Positions 1 to 10,600 of a stretch of 64,000 nt of DNA are shown here, in pieces. The notes beneath the pieces were generated by a model. The model had not been told where the DNA came from. It made no database searches and saw nothing but the letters and a program-made list of their open reading frames with translations. Position numbers and translations under genes: made by a program. Origin of the DNA: an uncultured Sandarakinorhabdus sp. (lineage in GTDB: Bacteria; Pseudomonadota; Alphaproteobacteria; Sphingomonadales; Sphingomonadaceae). Each line of letters begins with the position of its first letter. The first letter of the stretch is position 1. The DNA lies in NCBI GenBank assembly GCA_964488775.1, contig CAZAWH010000001.1, positions 1,269 through 65,268 of the forward strand, read 5' to 3'.

Positions 1-1553
1 GAACTGTGGCGCGGCAGGCCTTCCAGTTGCAGGGCGATATCCACCAGGCGCTTGACCTTGGGGTCACGCTCCACCTCGGCAATGAAGGCCGGTTCGCCGG
101 GATATTTGCGGCCATCCTTGTCCTTGCCGCGGCCCAGGGTACGGGCCAGCGTCCAGGGATCGGTGGGGTGGCTGGGCACCAGCTTGGACAGGCGGTCGGT
201 CTGGCCATAAGGCATCTGCAGCACGCGCCCGACGTCCTTCAGCACGGCGCGCGCCTTCATCTTGCCGAAGGTGATGATCTGCGCCACCTGCTCTCGGCCG
301 TAACGCTGCTGCACATAATCAATGACTTCGCCGCGCCGCGTTTCGCAGAAGTCGATATCGAAGTCGGGCATCGAGACGCGATCCGGGTTGAGGAAGCGTT
401 CGAACAACAACCCATGCTCCAGCGGATCCAGATCCGTGATCGTCAATGCCCAGGCCACCACCGAGCCGGCGCCAGACCCGCGCCCCGGCCCGACCGGAAT
501 GCCCTGCCCCTTCGCCCACTGGATGAAATCGGCGACGATCAGGAAATAGCCGGGAAAGCCCATGGACTTGATGACATCAAGTTCAAAGGCAAGGCGGGCC
601 TTATAGGGCGCCCGGTCCTCAGCCGATTTGCCCAGCACGTCCATGCGGCGGGCCAGGCCTTCGGTTGCGGCGGTCACCAGCGCTTCATCCTCGCCACCGG
701 CCGACAGGCGGGGCAGGATCGGCTTGCGGCTGGGCGCCATCATGGCGCAGCGCTGGGCCACAACGATGGTGTTGGCGATGGCCTCGGGCAGATCGGCGAA
801 CAGGGCATGCCAGTCCGCCGCCGGTTTCAGCCAATGTTCGGGATTGGAACGGCGCCGGTCCTCGGCCTCGACATAGGTGGAATCGGCGATGCAGAGCAGC
901 ACGTCGTGCGCCTCGTGCATGGCGGCATCGAGGAACTTCACCGGCGCCGTGCCCACGATGGGCAGGCCATGGGTGTCGGCCAACCGCAGCAGCGCAGCCT
1001 CGCTGCGCCGCTCCACCGGATCGCCGGACCGGGCAATCTCCACATAGAGCCGGCCGGGGAACAACGACATCAGCCGGGCGGCCATCGCCTCGATATCCTG
1101 GCCATCCGCCGCCAGCCGGGCCAGCGCGCCATCCGCACCGCCGGTCAGGCAGATCAGGCCGTCGGTGCGGCCCGCAAGCTGGTCAAGCGTGAGCAGCGGA
1201 TCGCCGGGCGTGGCCGCGGCAAGATGCGCATCGGACACCAGGGCGATCAGGTTGGTGTATCCACCGGCATCCTGGGCATAGAGCGCCAGCCAATCCACCA
1301 GTGCCCGGTTGTGCAAGGTGGCGCTGCCCGGACGCTCGATGGGCAGCAGCGCGCCAATGACCGGCTGGACGCCCCAATCCTTGGCTGCGGCGGAAAAATC
1401 CATTGCCGCGAACATGTTGGCCCGATCGGCCAGACCCAGCGCCGGAAAGCCCAATTGCCGGCCAAGCTTGGCCAGCGTTTCGGGCTGGATGGCGCCTTCC
1501 AGCATTGAATAGGCGCTGTGGCAGCGAAGGGGAACGAATCCGGCGTGCGGCAT
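1..1553 (-). CDS. dnaE: DNA polymerase III alpha subunit, 5' part (runs off the window edge)
   Basis: Minus strand from ATG 1553 reads MPHAGFVPLRCHSAYSMLEGAI (PHP-domain start). It later contains GFPGYFLIVADF, GPGRGSGAGS, FERFLNPDRVSMPDFDIDF and QIITFG. Not in the ORF track because it has no stop in the window; 6..1508(+) is its antisense shadow. Confidence 0.96.
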   Translation of the reverse strand, partial: MPHAGFVPLRCHSAYSMLEGAIQPETLAKLGRQLGFPALGLADRANMFAAMDFSAAAKDWGVQPVIGALLPIERPGSATLHNRALVDWLALYAQDAGGYTNLIALVSDAHLAAATPGDPLLTLDQLAGRTDGLICLTGGADGALARLAADGQDIEAMAARLMSLFPGRLYVEIARSGDPVERRSEAALLRLADTHGLPIVGTAPVKFLDAAMHEAHDVLLCIADSTYVEAEDRRRSNPEHWLKPAADWHALFADLPEAIANTIVVAQRCAMMAPSRKPILPRLSAGGEDEALVTAATEGLARRMDVLGKSAEDRAPYKARLAFELDVIKSMGFPGYFLIVADFIQWAKGQGIPVGPGRGSGAGSVVAWALTITDLDPLEHGLLFERFLNPDRVSMPDFDIDFCETRRGEVIDYVQQRYGREQVAQIITFGKMKARAVLKDVGRVLQMPYGQTDRLSKLVPSHPTDPWTLARTLGRGKDKDGRKYPGEPAFIAEVERDPKVKRLVDIALQLEGLPRHS

Positions 1554-1625
1554 CGGCGAACTATGCCGCCTGGCGCGGCCCGCGACCAGTGCGCGTGCGT
1601 CGCGGTGGCGGCTTTGTCCCCAGCT

Positions 1626-2306
1626 TTATGCCGGCACCAGCCGGCCGTGCTGCAAGGTCACCACCCGATCCATGCGGCGGGCAAGTTCGAGATTGTGGGT
1701 GGCGACCAGCGCCGCCGCGCCTGTGGAGCGGACGAGATCGATGAAGGCGGCCAGCACCAGGCCGGCCGTGGCCTCGTCCAGGTTGCCGGTGGGTTCATCG
1801 GCCAGCACCAGTGCCGGGCGGTTGGCCAGGGCGCGGGCAACTGCCACCCGTTGCTGTTCCCCGCCCGACAATTGCGCCGGCTTGTGGGTGAGGCGGGCGC
1901 CAAGGCCCAGGCGGCCAAGCAGTTCGTCGGCGCGGGCCTGGGCGGCGGTGGCATCCACCCCGGCCACCAAACCGGCCAGCATCACATTCTCCCGGGCGGA
2001 GAAATCCGGCAGTAGATGATGGAATTGATAGACAAACCCCAGCCGCTGACGCCGCAGCCGGGTGCGGCCGGCATCATCCAGCCGGGCCGCCGCCTCGCCA
2101 CAGATGCGCAATTCGCCGGAAAAGCCGCCTTCCAGCAGGCCAACCGCCTGCAACAGGGTGGATTTGCCCGAACCCGACGGGCCGAGCAGCGCCACGATCT
2201 CGCCCGGCATGATCGCCAGATCAACCCCGCGCAGCACATCGATGCGGGCGCCGGCCTGTTCGAAGTGGCGGGCAAGACCGATGGTTTCCAGCACCGGTTC
2301 ATTCAT
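1626..2306 (-). CDS. lolD: Lipoprotein-releasing ABC transporter ATP-binding subunit
   Basis: Walker [20 protein letters not shown] and [10 protein letters not shown]. Start MNEPVLE at 2306 overlaps the upstream permease stop. Confidence 0.92.
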   Translation of the reverse strand: MNEPVLETIGLARHFEQAGARIDVLRGVDLAIMPGEIVALLGPSGSGKSTLLQAVGLLEGGFSGELRICGEAAARLDDAGRTRLRRQRLGFVYQFHHLLPDFSARENVMLAGLVAGVDATAAQARADELLGRLGLGARLTHKPAQLSGGEQQRVAVARALANRPALVLADEPTGNLDEATAGLVLAAFIDLVRSTGAAALVATHNLELARRMDRVVTLQHGRLVPA

Positions 2307-3546
2307 AGCGCAGCACCGTGACCGGATCGGTGGAGGCGGCCTTCCACGCCGGATAGAGCGTGGCCAGGAACGACAGGCCCAGCGCCAGCACGACAATGCC
2401 GAGCACTTCGACCGGATCGGTCTTGGCCGGCAGCAGGGTGAGATAGCGCACCGAAGGATCCCAGATGTTGGTGCCGGTCACCGCCGACACGCCATCCACG
2501 ATGGGCTGGCGGAAGGTGAGCAGCAGAAAGCCCAGCGCCAGGCCCGAGGCCACGCCCGCCGCACCGATCAACGTGCCCACCGCCATGAACACCCGCATCA
2601 TGCTGGCGCGGCTGGCGCCCATGGTGCGCAGGATGGCGATGTCGCGCGTCTTGGCCCGCACCAGCATGATGAGCGAGGACAGGATGTTGAACACCGCCAC
2701 GACGATGATGATGGACAGGACCCAGAACATGACCGTCTGTTCCACCACCAGCGCCGAGAACAGCGCGGCGTTGCTGCGCGTCCAGTCGTTGACCACGGCG
2801 ATGCCGGCGAGCTTCTGGCGGATGGGTTCCAGGATGGCGGCGGCGCGGTCAGGATCGGTGGTTTCCACCTCGATCATGCCCACGGCGGCATCCAGGCGCA
2901 GCAGGGTCTGGGCATCGGCCAGTGGCATGATCACGAACGCCTTGTCATAATCATAAACGCCCACTTCAAACACCGCGACCACGGTGTAGGCAACGATGCG
3001 CGGCACCGTGCCGAAGGGCGTTGATTGCCCGGCCGGGTTGATCAGGCTCAACTGGTCGCCAACGCGCAGGCCCAGTTGTTCGGCCAGGCGCGCGCCGATG
3101 GCAATCGTGTCGGCCCCCGGCTTCAGCGCGTCGAGCGCGCCGGCCCGGATATTGGTGGCGATGGTGGGATTGGCCTTGATGTCGGCAATGCGCAGCCCGC
3201 GCAGGATGACGCCTTCCACCCGGCCGGCCGCACTGCCCATCAACGGCTGTTCGATCATCGGCACCGCCGCCGTGACCCCGGGCAGCGCCTTCACATCGGC
3301 CGCCACCTGTTCCCAATTGTCGAGCCGCCCGCCATAACCCTGCACCACGGCATGACCGTTCAGCCCGATGATGCGGTCAAACAGTTCGGCGCGAAAGCCG
3401 TTCATCACGCTCATCACCGCAATGAGGGCAGCGACGCCCAGCGCCACCGCCACCAGGCTGATGCCGGCGACCAGGAAGATGAAGCCCTCCCCCTGCCCCG
3501 GCGTCAGATAACGCCGGATGACCAAGCGTTCGTGTGCGGTGATCAA
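2299..3546 (-). CDS. lolE: Lipoprotein-releasing ABC transporter permease (LolC/E family)
   Basis: [17 protein letters not shown] and [10 protein letters not shown] motifs; 4-TM layout; proS-lolE-lolD-dnaE synteny. Confidence 0.92.
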   Translation of the reverse strand: MITAHERLVIRRYLTPGQGEGFIFLVAGISLVAVALGVAALIAVMSVMNGFRAELFDRIIGLNGHAVVQGYGGRLDNWEQVAADVKALPGVTAAVPMIEQPLMGSAAGRVEGVILRGLRIADIKANPTIATNIRAGALDALKPGADTIAIGARLAEQLGLRVGDQLSLINPAGQSTPFGTVPRIVAYTVVAVFEVGVYDYDKAFVIMPLADAQTLLRLDAAVGMIEVETTDPDRAAAILEPIRQKLAGIAVVNDWTRSNAALFSALVVEQTVMFWVLSIIIVVAVFNILSSLIMLVRAKTRDIAILRTMGASRASMMRVFMAVGTLIGAAGVASGLALGFLLLTFRQPIVDGVSAVTGTNIWDPSVRYLTLLPAKTDPVEVLGIVVLALGLSFLATLYPAWKAASTDPVTVLRYE

Positions 3547-4853
3547 ATGCGGCCCACCACGGCGTCGATCGGCACCTCGACCCGTTCACCGGTGGCGCGG
3601 CGCTTCAGTTCGACCACACCGGCGGCCAGACCCTTGGGGCCAACGATGACCTGCCAGGGCAGGCCGATCAGATCGGCGGTGGCGAATTTGGCGCCGCCGC
3701 GCTCATCCCGATCATCATAGAGCACGTCGACACCAGCCGCGGTGAAATCGGCATAAAGCTTGTCGCAGGCGGCGGCGCAGGCCCCGTCATCGGCGCGCAG
3801 GTTGATCAGCGCGACCCGGAACGGCGCCACCGCATCCGGCCAGACGATGCCGGCGTCATCATGACAGGCCTCGATGATCGCGCCGGACAGGCGGGAGACG
3901 CCGATGCCATAGCTGCCCATCAGCGGCGTGACCGGCGCGCCATCAGGGCCCTGCACGGTGACGCCCATCGGCGCGGTATATTTGTCCCCGAAATAGAAGA
4001 CCTGGCCGACCTCGATGCCCTTGGATTGCTTCAGTGCAGGCCCGCAGGCGGCTTCGGCGGCCAGGTCACGCTTTTCATCGGTGGCGGCATAATCGGCGTT
4101 GAGTCCGTCGATGAAGGCGGCGAGCCCTGCGCGGTCATCGGCGTCGATGCCGGCAGTGTCGCGCGGCTTCAGCCAGTTTTCGTGATAGAACACATCGCTT
4201 TCGCCGGTGGGCGCCAGCACGATGAACTCGTGGGAAAGATCCCCGCCAATCGGGCCGGTGTCGGCCTGCATCGGGATGGCATTCAGGCCCATCGCCGCGA
4301 ACGTGCGCATATAGGCGATGAACATGCGGTTGTAGCTGTGGACCGCGCCGTCATAATCCAGGTCAAAGCTGTAGGCGTCCTTCATCAGGAATTCGCGGCC
4401 GCGCAGCACGCCAAAGCGCGGGCGCACCTCGTCACGGAACTTCCACTGGATCTGATAGATGTTGCGCGGCAGGTCGCGATAGGATTTGGCGCCATTCTGG
4501 AAGATGGCGGTGAACAGCTCTTCGGCTGTCGGGCTGAACAGCATTTCGCGGTCATGCCGATCGGTGATGCGCAGCATTTCCGGGCCATAGGCGTCATAGC
4601 GGCCGGATTGCCGCCACAGATCGGCCGACTGGATGGTGGGCATCAGCACTTCGATGGCGCCGGCACGGTCCTGCTCGCGCCGCACGATCCGTTCGATGTT
4701 GGCCAGCACGCGCTTGCCCAACGGCAGCCAGGCATAGATGCCGGCCGAGGTTTGCCGGATCATCGCCGCGCGCAGCATCAGCTGGTGCGAAATCACCTGG
4801 GCTTCGCCGGGCGTTTCCTTGAGGACGGGCATGAAATAGCGGGACAGGCGCAC
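3543..4853 (-). CDS. proS: Proline--tRNA ligase (short form without INS editing domain)
   Basis: MRLSRYF start, [27 protein letters not shown] and GIEVGQVF motifs. Confidence 0.97.
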   Translation of the reverse strand: MRLSRYFMPVLKETPGEAQVISHQLMLRAAMIRQTSAGIYAWLPLGKRVLANIERIVRREQDRAGAIEVLMPTIQSADLWRQSGRYDAYGPEMLRITDRHDREMLFSPTAEELFTAIFQNGAKSYRDLPRNIYQIQWKFRDEVRPRFGVLRGREFLMKDAYSFDLDYDGAVHSYNRMFIAYMRTFAAMGLNAIPMQADTGPIGGDLSHEFIVLAPTGESDVFYHENWLKPRDTAGIDADDRAGLAAFIDGLNADYAATDEKRDLAAEAACGPALKQSKGIEVGQVFYFGDKYTAPMGVTVQGPDGAPVTPLMGSYGIGVSRLSGAIIEACHDDAGIVWPDAVAPFRVALINLRADDGACAAACDKLYADFTAAGVDVLYDDRDERGGAKFATADLIGLPWQVIVGPKGLAAGVVELKRRATGERVEVPIDAVVGRI

Positions 4854-4935
4854 AGGGATTCTCTTGGCTGCTTGGATGTGAACGCGGCCTTAGCATGTCT
4901 GGCCAAGCGGGCAACAGCCGGTCGCGGCGGCGGCC

Positions 4936-4977
4936 AACTGTTGCGCCAGCGCAACAGTTCACGATTTCGTCACGATT
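4936..4977. promoter_or_regulatory. Palindrome plus tandem direct repeat between proS and the candidate sRNA
   Basis: AACTGTTGCGC-ca-GCGCAACAGTT (4936-4959). TCACGATT occurs at 4959 and 4970, an 11-bp period. Confidence 0.55.
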
Positions 4978-5028
4978 GGGCCAATCACCCCGCCTGACAG
5001 TGGAAAAGAATCGGCATATCACATGCCG

Positions 5029-5232
5029 CAGGACAAGGGCCGTTCGCGGCCAGGGTCCGGGGAGAACGACGATGGTCGTTCACCACTGCGCGCCGGCCGC
5101 AAGGCGTTGGCTGCGCGCGCCGGCTGGGGCAGATGGGGGCATTGGCTCCAGCCGGCGCCGAGTGGTGACACGATCATCCGTCTCGTCACGCGGCCCCCGG
5201 TCAGGCGACTGATCGGGGGCCCTTCCTTTTTT
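5029..5232 (+). ncRNA. Candidate structured small RNA diverging from proS
   Basis: CTGACA-N17-TATCAC promoter-like site (4994-5022). Hairpins have UUCG (5043), GCAA (5099) and GCGA (5205) loops. A long stem pairs 5068-5087 with 5161-5182. The element ends in a terminator with a U-run and has no credible ORF. The 5' end is estimated. Confidence 0.65.
5193..5232 (+). terminator. Rho-independent terminator
   Basis: GCCCCCGGTCAG-gcga-CTGATCGGGGGC followed by ccttccTTTTTT. It may also stop the convergent gene ending at 5240. Confidence 0.8.
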
Positions 5233-5239
5233 CGGCGGC

Positions 5240-5920
5240 TCAGAACGGTTTCACCGTGCCGAGGAAACAGATGCCGGAAATGGTGATCCAATAGACATAG
5301 GCCATCATGCGCCCCCAGCCGATCTCGCGCGTGAGGGCGGCTTCCTCGGCCGGATTGGGGCCTTCGGCCAGCCGGCGGAACCGCACCGTCCACGCCCGCA
5401 TGATGAAGCGCAGGCCGAGGCCAATGCACAGCGCAAAGCCATAAAGAGTGAGCTTGGTGGCATACCAGCGGTTGCCCTCCCCGGCTTCCAGCGGGCCATG
5501 GCCGGACAGGCTGGCAATCCCGACCACGAAGATCAGGGGGATGAGGACAAAGCGGACATATTCATCCATCTTGGTCAGCCGGATGCCGGCATCGGTCTCG
5601 CGCTGGAAGAAGGCAGCCCAGCACAGCGCCATCCAGGCACCGACCGCCAGCCACATGGCGGTGAGCCAGCCGCCACCATAGGGTTGCAGGCCATAGATAT
5701 GGCCCATGTGCAGGCCCAGCGGCAGCAGCAGGATGATGCCGGTGCGCGCCAATATGTCGATGCGATAGGCGGTTTCCATGTGCCGGCGCCGTTCATCGAG
5801 CGGCAGGCGCGGGTTGGTGACATTGTAACTGGTCTGGAACACGCCCCACTCGCCGCCCAGCCAATAGACCATGGCAATGATGTGCAGCCAGCGCAGCACC
5901 AGCACTGGTTCGATGTCCAT
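5240..5920 (-). CDS. Hypothetical multi-pass membrane protein
   Basis: Start MDIEPVLVLRWLHIIAMVYWLGG after a GGGGGAGAG RBS; about 6 hydrophobic segments; GC3-rich codons. Confidence 0.8.
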   Translation of the reverse strand: MDIEPVLVLRWLHIIAMVYWLGGEWGVFQTSYNVTNPRLPLDERRRHMETAYRIDILARTGIILLLPLGLHMGHIYGLQPYGGGWLTAMWLAVGAWMALCWAAFFQRETDAGIRLTKMDEYVRFVLIPLIFVVGIASLSGHGPLEAGEGNRWYATKLTLYGFALCIGLGLRFIMRAWTVRFRRLAEGPNPAEEAALTREIGWGRMMAYVYWITISGICFLGTVKPF

Positions 5921-5963
5921 CGTCTCTCCCCCCTTTTGTCGAGACGGGCGCGTTGGTGGCGCC

Positions 5964-6335
5964 TTATTCCCTCGACAATTTCTCCACGAGATCCATGATC
6001 GGCGGATCGGGATTGGCCATGGCCTCAACCTCTTGCGCAAAGCCGCGCATGACCCGGGCGATGAAGGCGCGCGTGGCCTCGCCCCGTTCCTCGCCGGCCG
6101 CGCGGTCGGGCATATAGGCCTCGATCTCGGCGCGGTTGAGGCCGCCCTTGGCCTCCAGCAGCCGCTCCACCGTGTCCAGCCGCTCGCGCAGCACGCTCAC
6201 TTCCGCGACCAGGGCCATGGACAGGGACAGGAGCCGGTCCACCGCCGGATCATCGAAATAGGCCGGGCGGCGGCCCTTGGGGCGGGCGCCAGCGCGGGCG
6301 ATCCAGTCGATGGATTCAGAGCTGTTGGCCGTCAT
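5964..6335 (-). CDS. Hypothetical 123-aa protein (coiled-coil-like EVSVLRERLDTVERLLE)
   Basis: ATG 6335 overlaps (ATGA) the natural stop of the upstream methyltransferase. The ORF track fuses the two only because of a frameshift. Confidence 0.75.
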   Translation of the reverse strand: MTANSSESIDWIARAGARPKGRRPAYFDDPAVDRLLSLSMALVAEVSVLRERLDTVERLLEAKGGLNRAEIEAYMPDRAAGEERGEATRAFIARVMRGFAQEVEAMANPDPPIMDLVEKLSRE

Positions 6336-7544
6336 GCCGCCAGTTCCTGGGCCTGCGGCTTCCACGCGCCATAGGCGTTCCACACCGCGGCGCGGCCATA
6401 ATCCTCCTGCTCCTCGGTTTCGGCTGCCGGGAAGATGCTGCGATCCACCACGGCGCGCACGCCGACCACGAACTGGCTGTCGGAGCGGGAAACCGGCGCG
6501 GGCCATCACCTGCTTCAGGTCCTGGCCGTGCATGGCGCTCCAGAACGGCTCGTTGTTGTTGAACGCATCCCAGTCGCGCATGAACTGTTCGAACAGGGGC
6601 ATGGCATCGCTGTATTGCGGCTGCTCGACATGCAGGATCAGGCCGCCGGGCTTCAGCACGCGGTGGCATTCGGCCAGCAGTTTCGGCATCGACCGGGCCG
6701 ACAGCTCGTGCAGGAACATGGTGGTCTGCACCCAATCGAAATGATTGTCCGGGAAGCGGGACAGATCCTCGCCATTGGCCTGCACGAACTTGATGTTCTT
6801 CGCGCCCAACCCGGCGGCGCGCGCCGCGCCATAGCGCAGGGAGGCGGCCGCGGTGTCGATGGCAATCACCTCCGCCTCTGGATAGGCCAGCGCGATCGGC
6901 ACGGCATTGTGGCCAACCGTGGCCCCCACATCGAGGATGCGTTGCGGCTGCCAGCCCGGGCGCTCTTTCTTGGCCCAGGCCACCACCGCCTGGCCGCCGC
7001 CATCGTTCAGCCCGCCCAGCGCGCCGCCGGTGGTGGCAAAGATGCCGACATCATAATTGGCCCCGGCCGACACATCGCCAGGCCGTTCCTCGCTGTGATA
7101 GCCGCCGGGCTGGCAATGGATGTCCACCACCGTCTGATATTCGGGCTGCTCGATGCTCGGGTCCAGCTCCAGCATGCCCGAATGCTCGTTGAATTGGCGG
7201 GCAAGCGCGTCAAGCTCGTCCAGCTGGCGCAGCACGGTGGCGCGGCCATTGTGCTGGCGCATTTCCATCGAATTGCGCTTCAGAGCGCTCCACATGCGGT
7301 GGAACGGATCCTGGTTCATGGCATCGCGGATTTCATAGCGGTGTTCGGGATCGCGGCCATGTTCGGCGCGGAAGGCCGGCAGCACCCGCGTGTCATAGGC
7401 GAGCCGGTTGCCCGGGCCCAACGTGCCCGAGATATAGCGGTTGAGATGGGTGAGGAAGTTGAACCGCGCCGCCTCATCATGATTGGTGCGCGCCAGCATC
7501 GGGTGGCGGGTGAGCGCGGTGTAGGGCGGGGGCAGGTCACTCAT
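6332..7544 (-). pseudogene. Class I SAM-dependent methyltransferase with a +1 frameshift near 6482-6486
   Basis: RILDVGATVG, FDWVQTTMFLHE and RVLKPGG motifs; GGAG RBS before ATG 7544. Removing one C from TTC CCG CTC CGAC restores a tail DSQFVVGVRAVVDRSIF...WNAYGAWKPQAQELAA*. Could be a sequencing error. Confidence 0.75.
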
Positions 7545-7563
7545 CGCAAAGATGCTCCACAAG

Positions 7564-7575
7564 TTGTCCGGACAA
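7564..7575. promoter_or_regulatory. Perfect 12-bp palindrome, putative operator of the methyltransferase operon
   Basis: TTGTCCGGACAA about 20 bp upstream of the start codon. Confidence 0.5.
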
Positions 7576-7695
7576 ATGGCCATGCAGCTGCGGCCAAGTC
7601 AAGCTGCGGGAAAACCCGGATGTGCAGCCATGCTGCCGCAGCGGGGCAATGCGTCAAGAGCGTGCAGCGACGCGGGGCCGCCGGCACGCCTTGTA

Positions 7696-10600
7696 TCAGC
7701 GCGGTTGTGACAGCCAGCGCAGGGCGGCGCGGCCGGGCAGGAAGAAATAACCGCCGCCCTTCATCGCCACCCATTGCTGCAGACCTGTCAGGCGAACGGG
7801 GCCGATCGCGGTGGGCAGGGTGAAATTGCCCTGGCCCAGCAGCGGGTCAATCTCGCCGGCCAGGCCATGGAAGCTGGGGCCCATCAGCCAGCGTTGCTGG
7901 ATGAATTCGAACTGGCGTTCGATGTCGGCGCAGATGGCGGTGAACATCAGGCCGCGTTCCTCCCCCTCACGGTAGGGTCGGCCGCGGCGGATCAGGCGGT
8001 GGCGGTTGATGGTGGCCAGGCTTTCGGGATCACGGATGTCCAGCCCGTCGCGCGGGTTGGCGCGGCGGATATGGCTGCCCAGCGGGCAGGCCAGGCCTTG
8101 CGGATCCTCGTGGGCAAAGCCGAAATCATTGTGCGCTTCCCCACTGCCGCCGGGGCCGGCGCGATCGATCAGCGGCGTGCCGTCGGGCCAGCGGCCGATG
8201 ATCTTGGCCGCCACCCATTGGCCATCAATGGTTTGCCCGATGCTGCTGGCCAGATGCGGGCAGCGGCCGTTGAGATCGGCGGCAGCGGCGGCGGTGCCGG
8301 CGGCAAATCCCTCCACATTCTGGGCGAGCCGGCGCACCACCAGGAAGCTGCCGTTGCGGCCAAAATCACGGAAGGCCGGCGGATGGTCCGGCGTGAAATC
8401 GGGATAGGGGCGGCTGGGTTCCGCCGCGGCGGGCAGCAGGCCAAGCGGGTCATGCCCGGCCTCCAGCCGCAGCGGCGGCGCGACATAGCCCTGATTGCTG
8501 GGATGGCCGAGCAGCACTTCGCCGGCTGCCATCTGATCAGTGGCAGGCCGGCGGCGCCAATCGGCGGTGTGGCGGATGACCGGCTGGGAAATGCCGTCGC
8601 GAAAGCCGAAATGATCCACGTCCAGGCTGTCCGGATCAGGGCCATTGCCGCTGGGGCTGGTGATCACCTGGTGGGTGATGGGCGCGATGGCCGCAACGGC
8701 AGCGATGGCGGCGGCGAGGCGCTGGGGCGTGTCGCAGGCCAGAATCAGGCAGGCATCGGCGGCATCATAAGCGGCAAGGCCGGCCGCGTCCCAATCGCCC
8801 GGATCGCCCAGGATGGTGGCACGCGCCTGCATGCCCGCCATGAACGCCAGCGGGAAACTGGCGAGGCCATGGGCGCTGTCTGGCCCCGGCAGGCCAAGCC
8901 TGGCCAGCCCCGCCGGTGACAGGGCGAGGCTGGCGCTGGCGGCAAGGCGCGGCGCGCCCGAGGGCAGATCGCCAAAGCTGACCGGGGGCAGATCCCCTTC
9001 CCCCGCCACCAGTCGGGCCAGCGCCCGATTGGGATCGCCGGCGGGCAGATCGAGGAACAGATGGGCGCCGTGGACCAGGCTGCCCATGGCGCGGAAGACG
9101 ATGCTTTGCACCTGGGCGGTGTCCACCACCTCGGCCGGGCGCGGGGCGCTGCCCAACAGGCTGAGCAGATCCTGGGCGGCTGCTTCGTCCGCCGCGCGGG
9201 CCAGGCCGTGATGGATCAGGGCCTGGGCGCGGATGCGATCCAGCGTCAGATCGGGCAGCGAACTGTACCAGACATGGGTGAGCCGCTGTTGCCGCCGCAC
9301 CCAGCGCTTGAACAGATCGCCGTTCTTCGCGCCTTCCAGCACGAGATTGCGGGCCGGCGGGAAGCCGACTCCATGGCTCCATGCCGCGGTCTGGCCTTCG
9401 TGCGCCTTGGTGATGAAATCCTCGAGATAGGATTCCCAGGTGCCATCATAATTGCTGAAGAAGATCAGTTTTTCAGCATCGGGCAGGCGCAGCCAGCGGG
9501 CAAAGTGGATGGTGCCCATGGTGAGGATGAAGCCGGACCTGGTATAGTGGGTGGCGAAGACCTTGATGCCCCACATGGCAAAGGCGAAGGTGAGCCGACG
9601 CAGCAGGCCAGGCTTGAAATCGGAACAGGAAATGATGTGGCTCTGTTCGTGGCCAGCCGCATTTTCAGCCGCCGCGATGGCGAGGCGCCGGGCCAGATCG
9701 GGATCGCGGGTGTCAGGCGGGTCACTGGCTTCCAGTTGGCCCAGTGCCCGCACGGTGAGGAACAGCAGCAGCCCCCAGAACAGCACGGCAGCGAGCAGGC
9801 CGACGGCAGTGCAGATCACCGCCTTGGCCAGCCACAGGCCGGGGCCGAGCAGGCCCCAGCAGGCAAGACCGACGAGCAGCGCCGGCACGGCCGCGATGGC
9901 CGGAATCCAGCGGCCAGCCGGTGAAACCAGATACGCGATCACCCCGCCCCAGAAGCCCGGCCAGGTGAAATTGACAAAGGGCAGCCGCTGCCGGCCGGGC
10001 ACGAACAGCATCGGGCGCAGCCGGGCGGCGTCGCTGGCCAGATCCGTCGGCGCGCTGGCTGGATCGGCCAGCATGGCGCGGATGGCAGCCACTGTCGCCA
10101 GCGCCGGCTGGGCCTGGCCGCGGCTTTGCTGCTGCACATGATCGGCGGCACGGCGGACGAAATCGGCCAGATCGCGGCGGCGGCGCTTCATGGCGAGCGT
10201 GAAGCCGGTGGAGCCGTTGTAGAGCAGGCCGGTGGTGCCCCAGGGGCGCGGCCGCACATCCAGCCGGTGGCGGGTGAGGAATAGGAACAGGCTGGCCCGG
10301 CCGTCCCAGGCGCTGACCCGCTGGATCAGGGCAACCAGTTCGGCCGGCGGGCTGGCAAAGATCGCAGCCAGGGCCTGTTCCTCTTCGCCATCGGCGGAAA
10401 TCTCGATCAGCAGGCGCACATCGGGAATGGCCGGCGTGCCGACATCCAGCGCGTTGATCGACAGATAATGCACGATGCCCAGCCCATCGAGCCACTGGCG
10501 CACCGCCGGGCCAGCCGGGTTGCCAAAGCCGATCAGCGCGGTTTCCAGCGCCGCCAGCTCTGCCGGATCGGTGATCCCGCGCAGCACCGGCACATTCAGC

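Noticed and set aside
6..1508. 500-aa + strand ORF
   Set aside because: Antisense shadow of dnaE, whose motifs are clear on the minus strand.
3543..4853. ProRS lacking the editing domain
   Set aside because: Normal for many Alphaproteobacteria.
5964..7583. 539-aa methyltransferase fusion as a native protein
   Set aside because: Better explained as two genes joined by a 1-nt frameshift near 6482-6486.
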